64,000 nucleotides of DNA. Origin: Alphaproteobacteria bacterium (GTDB taxonomy: Bacteria > Pseudomonadota > Alphaproteobacteria > MPNO01). A program made the translations under genes and the position numbers. The first letter of the stretch is position 1. Each line of letters begins with the position of its first letter. The stretch lies in contig OZ219866.1 in the NCBI GenBank assembly GCA_964291675.2, positions 1,824,001-1,888,000 of the forward strand. The letters are read 5' to 3'. Below are positions 52,504 through 62,297 of the stretch, one piece after another. The notes beneath the pieces are model-generated. The model was not told where the DNA came from, did no database searches, and was given only the letters and a program-made list of their open reading frames with translations.

Positions 52504-54201
52504 TCAACTCACGGCACGGCGGAGAAGCTGTCCGGGCATGGGATCGTCCGCGCCGAGCAGGGTCTCGTTGTCGCGGCGGAGCACGGTCCCGTTGACCACC
52601 ACGGCGCGGATGCCGGTCGGGGTCGAGATCAGCCGGTCGGCGCCGGCCGGCAGGTCATGGACCCGCTCCAGCGGCCCCGGCCCGACGGTCTCGGGATCGA
52701 ACACCACCGCGTCGCCGGCGCAGCCGGCGGCCAGCCGTCCCCGTCCGGCGAGACCGAAGATCGCCGCCGGACGCGCGCACAGATGGTCTATCGCCTGTTC
52801 GAGGGTGAGAGCGCCCTTGTCCCGCACCCAGCGCCCGAGGAGGTGGGTGGAGAAGCAGGCGTCGCAAAGCTGGCTCGCATGCGCGCCCGCGTCCGAGAGC
52901 CCGAGCACGGTGAACGGCTCGCCCAGCAGCGCGGCGATCGCGCCCTCGTTGGTGTTGGCGAGCGGGATGCGAAACCGTGCTTTTAGGCCGGAGGAGACCG
53001 CGAGGTCGAAAGCGAGGTCGAGCGGGTCGACGCCCTGCTCGGCGGCGGCCTCGGGCACAATCCGCCCCTCCAGCTCCGGCCGTTCGGCGCAGGCCGAGAC
53101 CTCGAGGGACTCCAGCGCCATGACCAGCGCCCAGGTCTGCGGCTCGACCGCCGCGCCGTCCCTGAGCTCGCGCTTGACCGCGGCGCGGAAGCCGGGATCG
53201 GCGAGAATTCGTCGCTTGCCGTCGGCGTCCGCCGCGGTGGCCGGCTTGAACGAGTCGAGCCGGTCGAACGGGAACGGCGCGGCGAACTGGAACTCCATGG
53301 TCAACGGCCGGCACGAGACCTGCGGGTAGACGGGCAGCCGGTCCGCGTGCTGAAGCGCCGCCTGCTCGCGATGCCGCTCGTGCAGCGAATCGTCGCCGAT
53401 ACGGGTCAGAAGGGCGGTCCAGGTGACGGTGCCGGCCGCCCGGGCGAGCTTCTCGAAGGCCGCGAAGTCGGGCTCGATTCCGTTGGTGATCTGCACCACG
53501 CCGCCGCCGTTCCGGCCCACGGCCTCGGCCAGCGGAATGGTCTCCGACGCCATGTCCGCGAGACGGCTGGGCACCGGCTTGCCGGCGAAGCCGACATGCA
53601 GCCGCGAGGTCGAGCTGGAGAAGCCGAGCGCGCCGGCGGCGACCGCCTCGCCGACGGTCCGGGCCATCGCCTCGACCTCGTCGGGACGCGCGGGACGCTC
53701 GGTCGAGTCGAGCCCCATCGCGTCGAGCCGCACCGCCGAATGGCCCACCATCGCGCCGACATTGATCGCCGTGCCGCGCGCCTCGATGGCGTCGAGATAC
53801 TCCGCGAAGCTCTCGAACGGCCACCCGTCGAGCCCTTCCTGGAGCGCCTCGAAGCTCATGCCTTCGACGTTCTCCAGCGTCCGCATCAGCGGAAGGCGAT
53901 GTTCCGGCTTCGCCGGCGCTACGCCGAAGCCGCAATTGCCCATGACCACGCTGGTCACGCCGTGCCACGGCGAGACGGTGAGCATGGGATCCCACATCAC
54001 CTGGGCGTCGTAGTGGGAGTGGATGTCGATGAAGCCGGGCGCGACCACGCATCCCTCGGCGTCGACGATCCGCGCAGCGGATCCCGGTACCTCGCCGACG
54101 GCCGCGACACGGCCGTCGCGGAGCGCCACGTCGCCGCGGAATCTCCCGGCGCCGCTGCCGTCGATGACCGTCCCGCCGACGATCTTGAGATCGTAGTCCA
54201 T
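52504..54201 (-). CDS. N-acyl-D-amino-acid deacylase-like amidohydrolase
   Basis: PGFIDIHSHYD, GVTSVVMGNCG, SDAGAH. Confidence 0.9.
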   Translation of the reverse strand: MDYDLKIVGGTVIDGSGAGRFRGDVALRDGRVAAVGEVPGSAARIVDAEGCVVAPGFIDIHSHYDAQVMWDPMLTVSPWHGVTSVVMGNCGFGVAPAKPEHRLPLMRTLENVEGMSFEALQEGLDGWPFESFAEYLDAIEARGTAINVGAMVGHSAVRLDAMGLDSTERPARPDEVEAMARTVGEAVAAGALGFSSSTSRLHVGFAGKPVPSRLADMASETIPLAEAVGRNGGGVVQITNGIEPDFAAFEKLARAAGTVTWTALLTRIGDDSLHERHREQAALQHADRLPVYPQVSCRPLTMEFQFAAPFPFDRLDSFKPATAADADGKRRILADPGFRAAVKRELRDGAAVEPQTWALVMALESLEVSACAERPELEGRIVPEAAAEQGVDPLDLAFDLAVSSGLKARFRIPLANTNEGAIAALLGEPFTVLGLSDAGAHASQLCDACFSTHLLGRWVRDKGALTLEQAIDHLCARPAAIFGLAGRGRLAAGCAGDAVVFDPETVGPGPLERVHDLPAGADRLISTPTGIRAVVVNGTVLRRDNETLLGADDPMPGQLLRRAVS

Positions 54202-54321
54202 GGCGCTTCCTCTATCCGCCGGCCGCTTCCGGCCCGTCCGACCGTGCCCGTCGCCGCCGGTCGCGTCGTTCCGTGCGCTTCGAGAATACCTCAGCCGGCG
54301 CCGGGCCGCCCCGGCGGGGCG

Positions 54322-55536
54322 CTAGCCTCCCGCGGCCGCCCGGTCGCGGTAGAAATTGCCGGCGCCGATGCCGTAGGGGGGCGCGTCCGGATCGAAGTGC
54401 ACGCCGATCGGATCGCCGCCGTCCCGCACCAGCCGGATCTGCTCGCGGAGCCGGCGGCGCAGCATGGCGACCCCGGTGTCGCTCGCTGCGAGGCGCTCCT
54501 CGCTGTGCAGGGTGATCGGGCCCTGGCCCTTCTGGATCTCCCAGTCGCCGGGCGCACGCCAGCGTTCTTCCTCCGTCATCTCGGACCATTTGGTCTCCAG
54601 GACCGGCGCGGTGACCAGCGGCACGCCCTCGAAGTCGAGCGGCATGCGGGTGATGTGGAAGGTCCGGTGGCGGGTGTCGTCGACCGGAACCAGCCAGCCC
54701 ATGCTCTCGGCCGTGCCGTGGCTGAGCTGGATGTTGGGGACGCTGCGCAGGCTGGGGAACATGACATGCGTGATCCGGTCCATCTCGCGCCCGTCGGCGA
54801 ACCGGCGATGGGCCGAGTACTGCATCCCGAGCGGCGTGTATTCCCATCCGACGTCCGGCATCACCGCCATGTCGGGGTTGAACTGCGGGCCGGAGAACGC
54901 GGTGTGCAGGATCACGACATGGAACGGGTCCATCGTGTTCTCCCAATCCTGTAGCCAGTTCCACGGGATCGTCTCCTCGGTCTCGTCGCCGCCGACGCTG
55001 AAGCTCGCCGCATCGGGCACGATCTTCCGGTTCCGGGGCAGGTCCTCGAACGGCGCCCAGCGGGGCAGGACGGGCTTCTTCTCCGGCGGCCCCAGATAGG
55101 CGAAGATCAGCCCGTAGCGCTCTTCCACGGGGTACCAGGGCTGGCGGCAGCGCGCCCGGAAGGCCGGCCTGTCGGCTTCGCAGGGCTGGTCGAGGCAGCG
55201 GCCCTCGGTGTCGAACAGCCAGCCGTGATAGGGGCAGCGGATACCCGCCTCCTCGACCTTGGCGAACGACATCGGCGCCCCGCGGTGGATGCAGCGGGGC
55301 GTGATCAGCCCCGGGCGGCCGCGCAGGTCGCGAAACAGGATCAGGTCTTCGCCGAGGACGCGGATCTCGCGCGGCCGCCCGCCCAGACGGTCCGACAGCT
55401 CGACCGGGTGCCAGTAGCGGCGCATCAACTCGCCGCAGGGGGTGCCGGGACCGACTTCGGTTATTTCCGCATCGTGCGTCTGCGGCTCCCGGCCATAGGC
55501 GGTGCCGCCGTCCTGCGCCGCCGTCGATCCGCTCAT
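54322..55536 (-). CDS. Rieske non-heme iron oxygenase alpha subunit (phthalate 4,5-dioxygenase-like)
   Basis: GPGTPCGELMRRYWHP, CIH..CPYHGW, ENTMDPFHVVILH, SDTGVAMLRR. Confidence 0.92.
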   Translation of the reverse strand: MSGSTAAQDGGTAYGREPQTHDAEITEVGPGTPCGELMRRYWHPVELSDRLGGRPREIRVLGEDLILFRDLRGRPGLITPRCIHRGAPMSFAKVEEAGIRCPYHGWLFDTEGRCLDQPCEADRPAFRARCRQPWYPVEERYGLIFAYLGPPEKKPVLPRWAPFEDLPRNRKIVPDAASFSVGGDETEETIPWNWLQDWENTMDPFHVVILHTAFSGPQFNPDMAVMPDVGWEYTPLGMQYSAHRRFADGREMDRITHVMFPSLRSVPNIQLSHGTAESMGWLVPVDDTRHRTFHITRMPLDFEGVPLVTAPVLETKWSEMTEEERWRAPGDWEIQKGQGPITLHSEERLAASDTGVAMLRRRLREQIRLVRDGGDPIGVHFDPDAPPYGIGAGNFYRDRAAAGG

Positions 55537-55619
55537 GGGTCGTGCCTTTCTCCGGGGCTTGCGGCTCGGCAGTGTCGGCACTCGGGCGCACCGGTTCAAC
55601 CCGGTCGCGAGACAGCCCC

Positions 55620-55735
55620 TCGCCGCCGTTCGGGCTCGACGTTTTCGCCGGCCAGGCTGCGTTCGAGGTGCCGCTCGCCGAGCTCTATCCCCGACTCATG
55701 CGGTTCATCGTGCCCGCCATCGCGGCGGCGGCGAG
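55620..55735 (+). pseudogene. fragment resembling a DctM C-terminus
   Basis: SPPFGLDVFAGQAAFEVPLAELYPRLMRFIVPAIAA versus TPPFG(I/L)xLF in the intact DctMs. Confidence 0.5.
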
Positions 55736-55899
55736 CCTCGCGCAGGATTTGAACTCGCCGCCGTCGCCCGGACGGGTACAATCGGCAGCAGCTCGACACG
55801 AGGCCGGCGCCGCCGCCGACAACCGCCGCGGACCGAATCGGGCGTCTCCGGCGGTCGCGGGCACGTGCGAAGCGGATCGTCGACGACGGAGACAACGCC

Positions 55900-56523
55900 A
55901 TGCGGATGCTGCACGACGACGCCATACCCGCGCGCGAAGGCGGCGCCTGGGAGCTCGAACGGGACCAGCACATAAGGATCGTCGACGTGGACGGCGGGTC
56001 GATCTGCGACTTCGTCTGTTTCAACCTGCACAGGCTGGCCGAACGGTTCAGCCAGGCCCGGACCAAGGCCAATCAGGGCAAGATCCTGCTCTCCGTGGGC
56101 GATCACCTGTACACCCGCGACAACAACGTGCTGCTCACCATCGCGGAGGACAGCTACGGCATCCACGACATGGAGTACGGCATGTGCTCCGCCTGGGTGT
56201 ATGAGAACATGGGCGGCGCCTATGACAGCCTCGACGAGGGCTTCCGGATCGGCGGCCCGCTCGGCTATCCCTCATTCGGGTGCTACGAGGTGCTGCAAGG
56301 GGCGTTGAGCGGCTATCCGATCGAGCCCGAGAACATCCCCGAGACCTTCAACATCTTTCAGACCCTGGCCTTCGAGATGCCCGAGGGCACGTTCCGCACC
56401 CAGGCGGGAGGCAGCAAACCGGGCGACTTCATCGACATGGTCGCGCGCATGGACACGCTGTGCGCCGTCAGCGCCTGTCCCGCCGCCGGCAGGCCGCTGA
56501 GGGTCCAGGTCTACGAGCCCTGA
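55900..56523 (+). CDS. urea carboxylase-associated (DUF1989) family protein
   Basis: IVDVDGGSICDF, ERFSQART, HD..GMCS, GC, FNIF, SKPGD, SACP. Confidence 0.88.
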   Translation: MRMLHDDAIPAREGGAWELERDQHIRIVDVDGGSICDFVCFNLHRLAERFSQARTKANQGKILLSVGDHLYTRDNNVLLTIAEDSYGIHDMEYGMCSAWVYENMGGAYDSLDEGFRIGGPLGYPSFGCYEVLQGALSGYPIEPENIPETFNIFQTLAFEMPEGTFRTQAGGSKPGDFIDMVARMDTLCAVSACPAAGRPLRVQVYEP

Positions 56524-56560
56524 ACGACAGGCCGGCCGGGAATGCGAGGTTGGCCTGGCC

Positions 56561-59416
56561 ATGGAGAACGGCGGCACAGGATCGCGTAGCGGCGCGGCCG
56601 GCCCCGACGACGCGGCGCCTCTGCTGCACCTGATCGCGGCCCTGTCGCGCGAGCTCCGTTCCGCGCCCGACACCCCGCGCGTTACCCTCGACAGCCGGCT
56701 GGGCGAAGAGCTCGGTTTCGACAGCCTGGGGCGCGCCGAGCTGCTGGCGCGCATCGAGCGGAATTTCTCGGTCGGCCTTCCCGGAGCGACGCTGGCGGAG
56801 GCGGAGACCCCGGCCGACCTCTGGCGCGCGCTGCAAGCGGCCGGCGCGCGGCGCGGGCCCGCGACCCCGCCACCCCCGGCGGATGCGCCCCCGGGCCCGG
56901 TCGAATCGATACCGGCCACCGCGGCGACCCTGACCGCGATGCTCGACTGGCACGCCGAGGCGCATCCCGACCGCGTCCACGCCTGGCTCAGGGAACGGGA
57001 AGACCATATCGAGACCGTCACCTACGCGGGGCTGCGCAAGGCGGCTCTGGCGGTCTCCGGCGGCATCCTCCATGCCGGGGTGGCGCCGGGCGGCCGCGTG
57101 GCGCTGATGCTGCCCACCTGCGCCGGGTTCCTGCACGCCTTCTTCGGCATCCTCTACGCCGGCTGCGTGCCGGTTCCGATCTATCCGCCGGCGCGGCCGT
57201 CGCAGCTCGCCGACCATCTGCGCCGTCAGGCGGCGATTCTCGCCAACGCGGGCGCCGAGCTGCTGATCACCGTCCCGGAGGCGCGGGCTCTCGCGGCCTT
57301 CCTGCGCGCGCAGGTCGCGAGCCTGCGTGCCGTCGAGACCGTGGACGGGCTCGGCGGGCGCGGCCGGCCGGAGGCCGCCCCGGCGCCCGGCGCGGGAGAC
57401 GTGGCCTTTCTCCAGTACACCTCGGGCAGCACCGGCGACCCGAAGGGCGTGGTGCTGAGCCACGCCAATTTGCTCGCCAACATCCGCGCCATGGGCCGGG
57501 CGATGGAGGCCGATCCGGGCCGCGACGTGTTCGTGAGCTGGCTTCCGCTCTACCACGACATGGGGCTGATCGGCGCGTGGCTCGGCAGCCTGCATTTCGC
57601 GGTGCCGGTCTCGATCGCCTCGCCGCTGATCTTCCTGGCGCGCCCGGAGAGCTGGCTGTGGGAGATCCACGCAAGGCGGGCGACGCTTTCGGGCGCGCCC
57701 AACTTCGCCTTCGACCTCTGCGTCGAGCGGATCGACGACGAAGCGATCGAGGGGCTCGACCTGAGCTCGGCCCGTATCGTGGTCAACGGGGCGGAGCCGG
57801 TGCGGGCCGCCTCGGTGCGGGCGTTCTGCCGGCGCTTCGCCGCGCATGGCTTCGACCCCGGGGCGCTCGCCCCGGTCTACGGCCTCGCCGAGAGCAGCGT
57901 GGGGCTGGCCTTTCCCCGGCCCGGAAGGGGGCTGCTCGCCGAGCGCATCGACCGGACCGAGCTGGCCGAGCGGTCGCGCGCAATGCCGGTGGCGGAAGGG
58001 CACGGCGATGCGGTCGAGATCGTGGCCTGCGGCTCGCCGCTCCCCGGGCACCAGTTCCGGGTGGTCGACGGGACGGGCCGCGAGCTGCCCGAGCGCCGCC
58101 AGGGGCGGCTGCAATTCGCCGGCCCCTCGTCGACCGCCGGCTACCACGACAACGCCGAGGCCACGCGCGCGCTGTTCGACGGCGACTGGCTGGAGACCGG
58201 CGACCTCGCCTACATCGCCGGCGGCGAGGTCTACCCGACGGGCCGGATCAAGGACGTCGTCATCCGCGGCGGGCGCAACATCCATCCGCACGAGCTCGAA
58301 GCCGCCATCGGCGACCTTCCGGGCATCCGGCGCGGCTGCGTCGCGGTCTTCGCCGCCGCCGGGCCGGGCGGGGAAGAGCGGCTGGTCGCGGTCGCCGAGA
58401 GCCGCGAGGCGGACGGCGCGGCCCGCGACCGGCTGCGGCGCGCCATCGAGGCGGCGGCCGTGGATGTCGCGGGCATCGCGCCGGACGATGTCGTGCTCGC
58501 CCCGCCCCGCGCGGTGCTCAAGACGTCGAGCGGCAAGATCCGCCGCGCCGCCACCCGCCAGCGCTATCTGGAGGGCCGTCTCGACGAGCCCGGCGCCGCG
58601 CCGTGGCGCCAGCTTCTCGGGCTCTGGCTGTCGGCGGCGGCGGCCCGGCTTCGCACCTTCGCCCGCCGGACGCTCGGCCGCGCCTATGCCGGGTACTGGT
58701 GGGCGGTGCTGGCGGTGCTGGCGGCTTCCGTCTGGCCGCTCGCGGTCGCGCTGCCCCGGCGCGCCTGGCGCTGGCGGGTGCTCAATGCCGCCGCGCGCGC
58801 CATGCTGAGGCTCACCTTCACGCGGCTGACGGTGGGCGGCGAGGCGGTGCCTGAGCGCGGCGCCATCCTGGTCGCCAATCACTGCAGCTATCTCGACAGC
58901 CTGGTGCTCGCCGCTGCGCTGCCGGGCGAGACCGCCTTCGTCGCCAAGGCGGAGCTCGCGCCGCAGCTCTTCGCCGGGACGCTGCTGCGCCGGCTCGGCA
59001 CGATCTTCGTCGAGCGGTTCGACGACGCAAGCGGCGTCGGCGATCTCGACGCCGTCATCGAGGCGGCGCAAGCGGGCCGCCGGCTCGCGGTCTATCCGGA
59101 AGGGACGCTCACCCGCCGCCCCGGCCTGCTCGATTTCAGGCTCGGCGCCTTCGCCGCCGCCGCCGCCGCCGGGGTGCCGGTGGTGCCGGTGACGCTGCGC
59201 GGGACGCGCTCGGCGCTGCGCGGCGGCCAGTGGTTCCCCCGCCCGGGCGACGTGCAGGTGACGCTGGGCGCCCGGCTGCTGGCCGAGGGGGACGGGTTCG
59301 CCGCCGCGATCGCGCTCCGCGACGCCGCGCGTGCGGCGATCCTGGCCGGCTGCGGCGAGCCGGATCTTTCCGGCGAGGCGACCCTGCTGGAGGACCGCCG
59401 GCCTCATCCCGAGTAG
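56561..59416 (+). CDS. ACP + fatty acyl-AMP ligase + PlsC-type acyltransferase fusion
   Basis: LGFDSLG (Ppant Ser), YTSGSTGDPKG, WLPLYHDMGLIG, YGLAE, KTSSGK, NHCSYLD, YPEGT. Confidence 0.92.
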   Translation: MENGGTGSRSGAAGPDDAAPLLHLIAALSRELRSAPDTPRVTLDSRLGEELGFDSLGRAELLARIERNFSVGLPGATLAEAETPADLWRALQAAGARRGPATPPPPADAPPGPVESIPATAATLTAMLDWHAEAHPDRVHAWLREREDHIETVTYAGLRKAALAVSGGILHAGVAPGGRVALMLPTCAGFLHAFFGILYAGCVPVPIYPPARPSQLADHLRRQAAILANAGAELLITVPEARALAAFLRAQVASLRAVETVDGLGGRGRPEAAPAPGAGDVAFLQYTSGSTGDPKGVVLSHANLLANIRAMGRAMEADPGRDVFVSWLPLYHDMGLIGAWLGSLHFAVPVSIASPLIFLARPESWLWEIHARRATLSGAPNFAFDLCVERIDDEAIEGLDLSSARIVVNGAEPVRAASVRAFCRRFAAHGFDPGALAPVYGLAESSVGLAFPRPGRGLLAERIDRTELAERSRAMPVAEGHGDAVEIVACGSPLPGHQFRVVDGTGRELPERRQGRLQFAGPSSTAGYHDNAEATRALFDGDWLETGDLAYIAGGEVYPTGRIKDVVIRGGRNIHPHELEAAIGDLPGIRRGCVAVFAAAGPGGEERLVAVAESREADGAARDRLRRAIEAAAVDVAGIAPDDVVLAPPRAVLKTSSGKIRRAATRQRYLEGRLDEPGAAPWRQLLGLWLSAAAARLRTFARRTLGRAYAGYWWAVLAVLAASVWPLAVALPRRAWRWRVLNAAARAMLRLTFTRLTVGGEAVPERGAILVANHCSYLDSLVLAAALPGETAFVAKAELAPQLFAGTLLRRLGTIFVERFDDASGVGDLDAVIEAAQAGRRLAVYPEGTLTRRPGLLDFRLGAFAAAAAAGVPVVPVTLRGTRSALRGGQWFPRPGDVQVTLGARLLAEGDGFAAAIALRDAARAAILAGCGEPDLSGEATLLEDRRPHPE

Positions 59417-59437
59417 CCGCCAAGCGGCGTATCGAAG

Positions 59438-60638
59438 GGGGCTTATCCCGAATACTTGACGAGCGGGGGGCCGCGACGTTTCGTCCGTCATACCCGGCCC
59501 CCGGATCAAGTCCGGGCGTGTTCCTCTGCTGTCCGGTCTCGACTTTCGACGCGCGCCGCACCCGGCTCTCCCTGCTCCTCCACCGCCACCACCCCGTCAT
59601 GGCCGGCCCCCGCCCCTTCTCCCCGTTGCTCCACCGACTCCCCCGCTCCTCCCCCCGTCATGCCCGGACTTGATCCGGGCACCCATGGCCGGACTTGATC
59701 CGGCCACCCACCGGCGCCACGCCTCCCCACGGCCCGCCGTGCGCGCCGATAGGCCGCATGGGTGCCCGGGCGGGAGGCGCGGTGGCGGCAGTGGGTGCCC
59801 GGATCACCCCCGGACTCGATCCGGGGGCCGGGCATGACGAGGGGGGAGCATGACCGGGGGAGCATGAAGAGGTGGGGCAGCATGGAAGCATGGGGAGCGT
59901 TCGGGCGTTCGGGCACGACGCCGGGGATCGCCGGCGGGCGCGCCGCAGATCGCGCCGCGCGGCCGCGCCGCCCCGTGGCGCCCGGCCCCGCTCCTTCTCC
60001 CCGTTGCTCCACCGACACTCCCGCTACTCCCCACCCCGTCATGCCCGGACTTGATCCGGGCACCCATGGCCGGACTTGATCCGGCCACCCACCGGCGCCG
60101 CCACCCCTCCCCACGGCCCGCCGTGCGCGCCGATAGGCCGCATGGGTGCCCGGATCAAGTCCGGGCATGACGAGGGGGGAGCATGACCTGGGGAGCATGA
60201 CGAGGTGGGGCAGCATGGAAGCATGGGGAGCGTTCGGGCGTTCGGGCACGACGCCGGGGATCCCGGCGGGCGCGCCGCAGATCGCGCCGCGCGGCCGCGC
60301 CGCCCCGTGGCGCCCGGCCCCGCTCCTTCTCCCCGTTGCTCCACCAACACTCCCGCTACTCCCCACCCCGTCATGCCCGGACTTGATCCGGGCACCCATG
60401 GCCGGACTTGATCCGGCCACCCACCGGCGCCGCCACCCCTCCCCACGGCCCGCCGTGCGCGCCGATAGGCCGCATGGGTGCCCGGATCAAGTCCGGGCAT
60501 GACGAGGTGGGTGCATGACGAGGTGGGGAGGCATGGCGAGCGTTCCGACGTTCGGGCGCGCCGCCGGGGATCGCTGGCGGGCGCGCCGCCCCCCGTGACG
60601 CCCGGCCCCCGCTCCGTCAAGTAATCTGGATAAGCCGC
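59438..60638. mobile_element. non-autonomous MITE copy 2 (1201 bp, internally expanded) inserted in a REP
   Basis: Imperfect TIRs GGGGCTTATCCCGAATACTTGACG / CGTCAAGTAATCTGGATAAGCCGC; duplication TATCGAAG at 59430-59437 and 60639-60646; first ~165 bp are the near-identical reverse complement of the right end of copy 1. Confidence 0.88.
59603..60615. repeat. three degenerate tandem units (~380, 332, 288 bp) rich in CCGGACTTGATCCGG hairpins
   Basis: Unit starts at ~59603, 59981, 60313; next boundary at 60601. Confidence 0.85.
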
Positions 60639-60677
60639 TATCGAAGGACGCCCCACGCCGCGGGCCTCGCGTCGCCG

Positions 60678-61016
60678 CTACCCGGCCGGCGCCTCTTCGG
60701 CCGCCGCCCCGGTGCGGCCGAGGATAAATCTCTCCAGCAGGCCAAGCCTGCCCTTCACCTCGGACAGACCGTCTTCGACCGAGCGCAGCCGCGCATCGAT
60801 CCCGTCGAAACGTTCGTCGAAGCGTTTCTCGATCCCGTCGATGCGCCTGTCGATGCCGTCGAGGCGCTTGTCGATGCCGTCGAAGCGTTCCTCGAAACGT
60901 TTCTCGAAGCTCTCGAACCGCTTGTACATGTCCCGGCGCAGCGATCCGTTCATCGTGACGATCATCGCGGCGAGCGCCACGCCCACGCCCAGCATGGTGA
61001 TCTGCACCGGGTCCAT
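60678..61016 (-). CDS. small membrane-anchored coiled-coil protein
   Basis: TM helix followed by heptad repeats (F/L/I)DGID(K/R/A)R. Confidence 0.75.
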   Translation of the reverse strand: MDPVQITMLGVGVALAAMIVTMNGSLRRDMYKRFESFEKRFEERFDGIDKRLDGIDRRIDGIEKRFDERFDGIDARLRSVEDGLSEVKGRLGLLERFILGRTGAAAEEAPAG

Positions 61017-61250
61017 TACTCGAACTCCCGCACACGCGTGCCATGTCTTTTCGTCATGGCCGGGCGCAGCCTAGCAGGCCGCGCGAACTTCGTCCACGCC
61101 GCCGCCCCCGGCCCGTCCCGATAATGCGCGCGTGCAACCGAAGGGCCGGGCCCCTACACTCCGAATGTCGATCCTGGGCCGAAGGGAGGCGGCCGACGGC
61201 TGCACGGAGCGCGGGATACGACCCATGTCGCTGGCCTGTGGGAGGGAACC

Positions 61251-62267
61251 ATGCGCGCGATTCGTTTATTCGGAATTTCGATTGCGGCCGGGGCGTTGGC
61301 GGCGAGCCTCGCCGCGCCGGCGGTGGCGGCGGAGGCCGAGCTCCGGTTCGTCTCCAACTGGGGCAAGAACCTGTATTCGGTGAAACGCACCATCGAGTGG
61401 GCCGAGGAATTCAACCAGAGCGAAGCGGCCAAGGCGGCGAAGATCGGCATCAAGTATATCGGCGGGCGCGAGGTGACGCCGCCCTTGCAGCAGCTCACCG
61501 CGCTGCGCAAGGGCGTCTTCGACATGCTGTTCGGCGCCGCCGGCTACTATCTCGGCGCGGTACCGGAGTCCTTCGCGATCTACGGCTCCAAGATCACGCC
61601 GATGGAGGCCCGCAAGAACGGCGGTCTCGAGCTGCTCAACCGCATCTATCGCAAGAAGGCCAACGCCCACGTGCTCGGCTGGGTCGCCGGCGGGGTCGGC
61701 GTCAATCTGTGGCTCAAGGAGAAGCCCAGGGTCAAGGCCGACGGCACGCCGGATCTGAGCGGGATGAAGATCCGCGGCATCGCCGGCCTGCACCGGGAAT
61801 GGCTCAAGGCGATGGGCGCGACCCAGATCAGCGTCCCCGCGCCGGGCATTTACAACGCGCTCGAGCGCAACCTCGTCGACGGCGCCGCATGGCCCGGCCT
61901 CGGCATTCTGGGCTTCGGCTTCCAGAAGTTCGTCAGCTACCGGGTCGACCCGATGGTCTGGCAGTTCGACAACTTGATCTGGATCAACCTCGACAAGTGG
62001 AATTCGCTGACCCAGGCGCAGCGCGACGCCCTGACGACATCGGCGATCGCGTTCGAGCCGGTCGCCCACGTGTTCTACGAGAAGCTGGTTGCCGAACGCT
62101 GGGCCAAGCTCGGCGAACAGGGCGTCAAGTCGTTCGAGCTCACCGGTGCCGCGGCCCGGCGCTACATCGCGGCGGCCGAGAAGGTGCAGTGGGACCAGGT
62201 GAAGAAGCTGGCGCCGGACGCGTATGACGAGCTGCGCGAGAAGTTTCCGCCGTCGCCGGTCAACTAG
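61251..62267 (+). CDS. TRAP substrate-binding protein DctP
   Basis: Signal peptide, DLSGMKIRG, IYNALERNLVDG. Confidence 0.9.
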   Translation: MRAIRLFGISIAAGALAASLAAPAVAAEAELRFVSNWGKNLYSVKRTIEWAEEFNQSEAAKAAKIGIKYIGGREVTPPLQQLTALRKGVFDMLFGAAGYYLGAVPESFAIYGSKITPMEARKNGGLELLNRIYRKKANAHVLGWVAGGVGVNLWLKEKPRVKADGTPDLSGMKIRGIAGLHREWLKAMGATQISVPAPGIYNALERNLVDGAAWPGLGILGFGFQKFVSYRVDPMVWQFDNLIWINLDKWNSLTQAQRDALTTSAIAFEPVAHVFYEKLVAERWAKLGEQGVKSFELTGAAARRYIAAAEKVQWDQVKKLAPDAYDELREKFPPSPVN

Positions 62268-62297
62268 GCGACGCGACGCCGGCGCCTCGCAGCGGGC

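Noticed and set aside
59438-60638. CRISPR-like array of palindromic repeats
   Set aside because: The intervening sequences are themselves repeated, spacing is irregular and there are no cas genes; better explained as REP hairpins in a MITE
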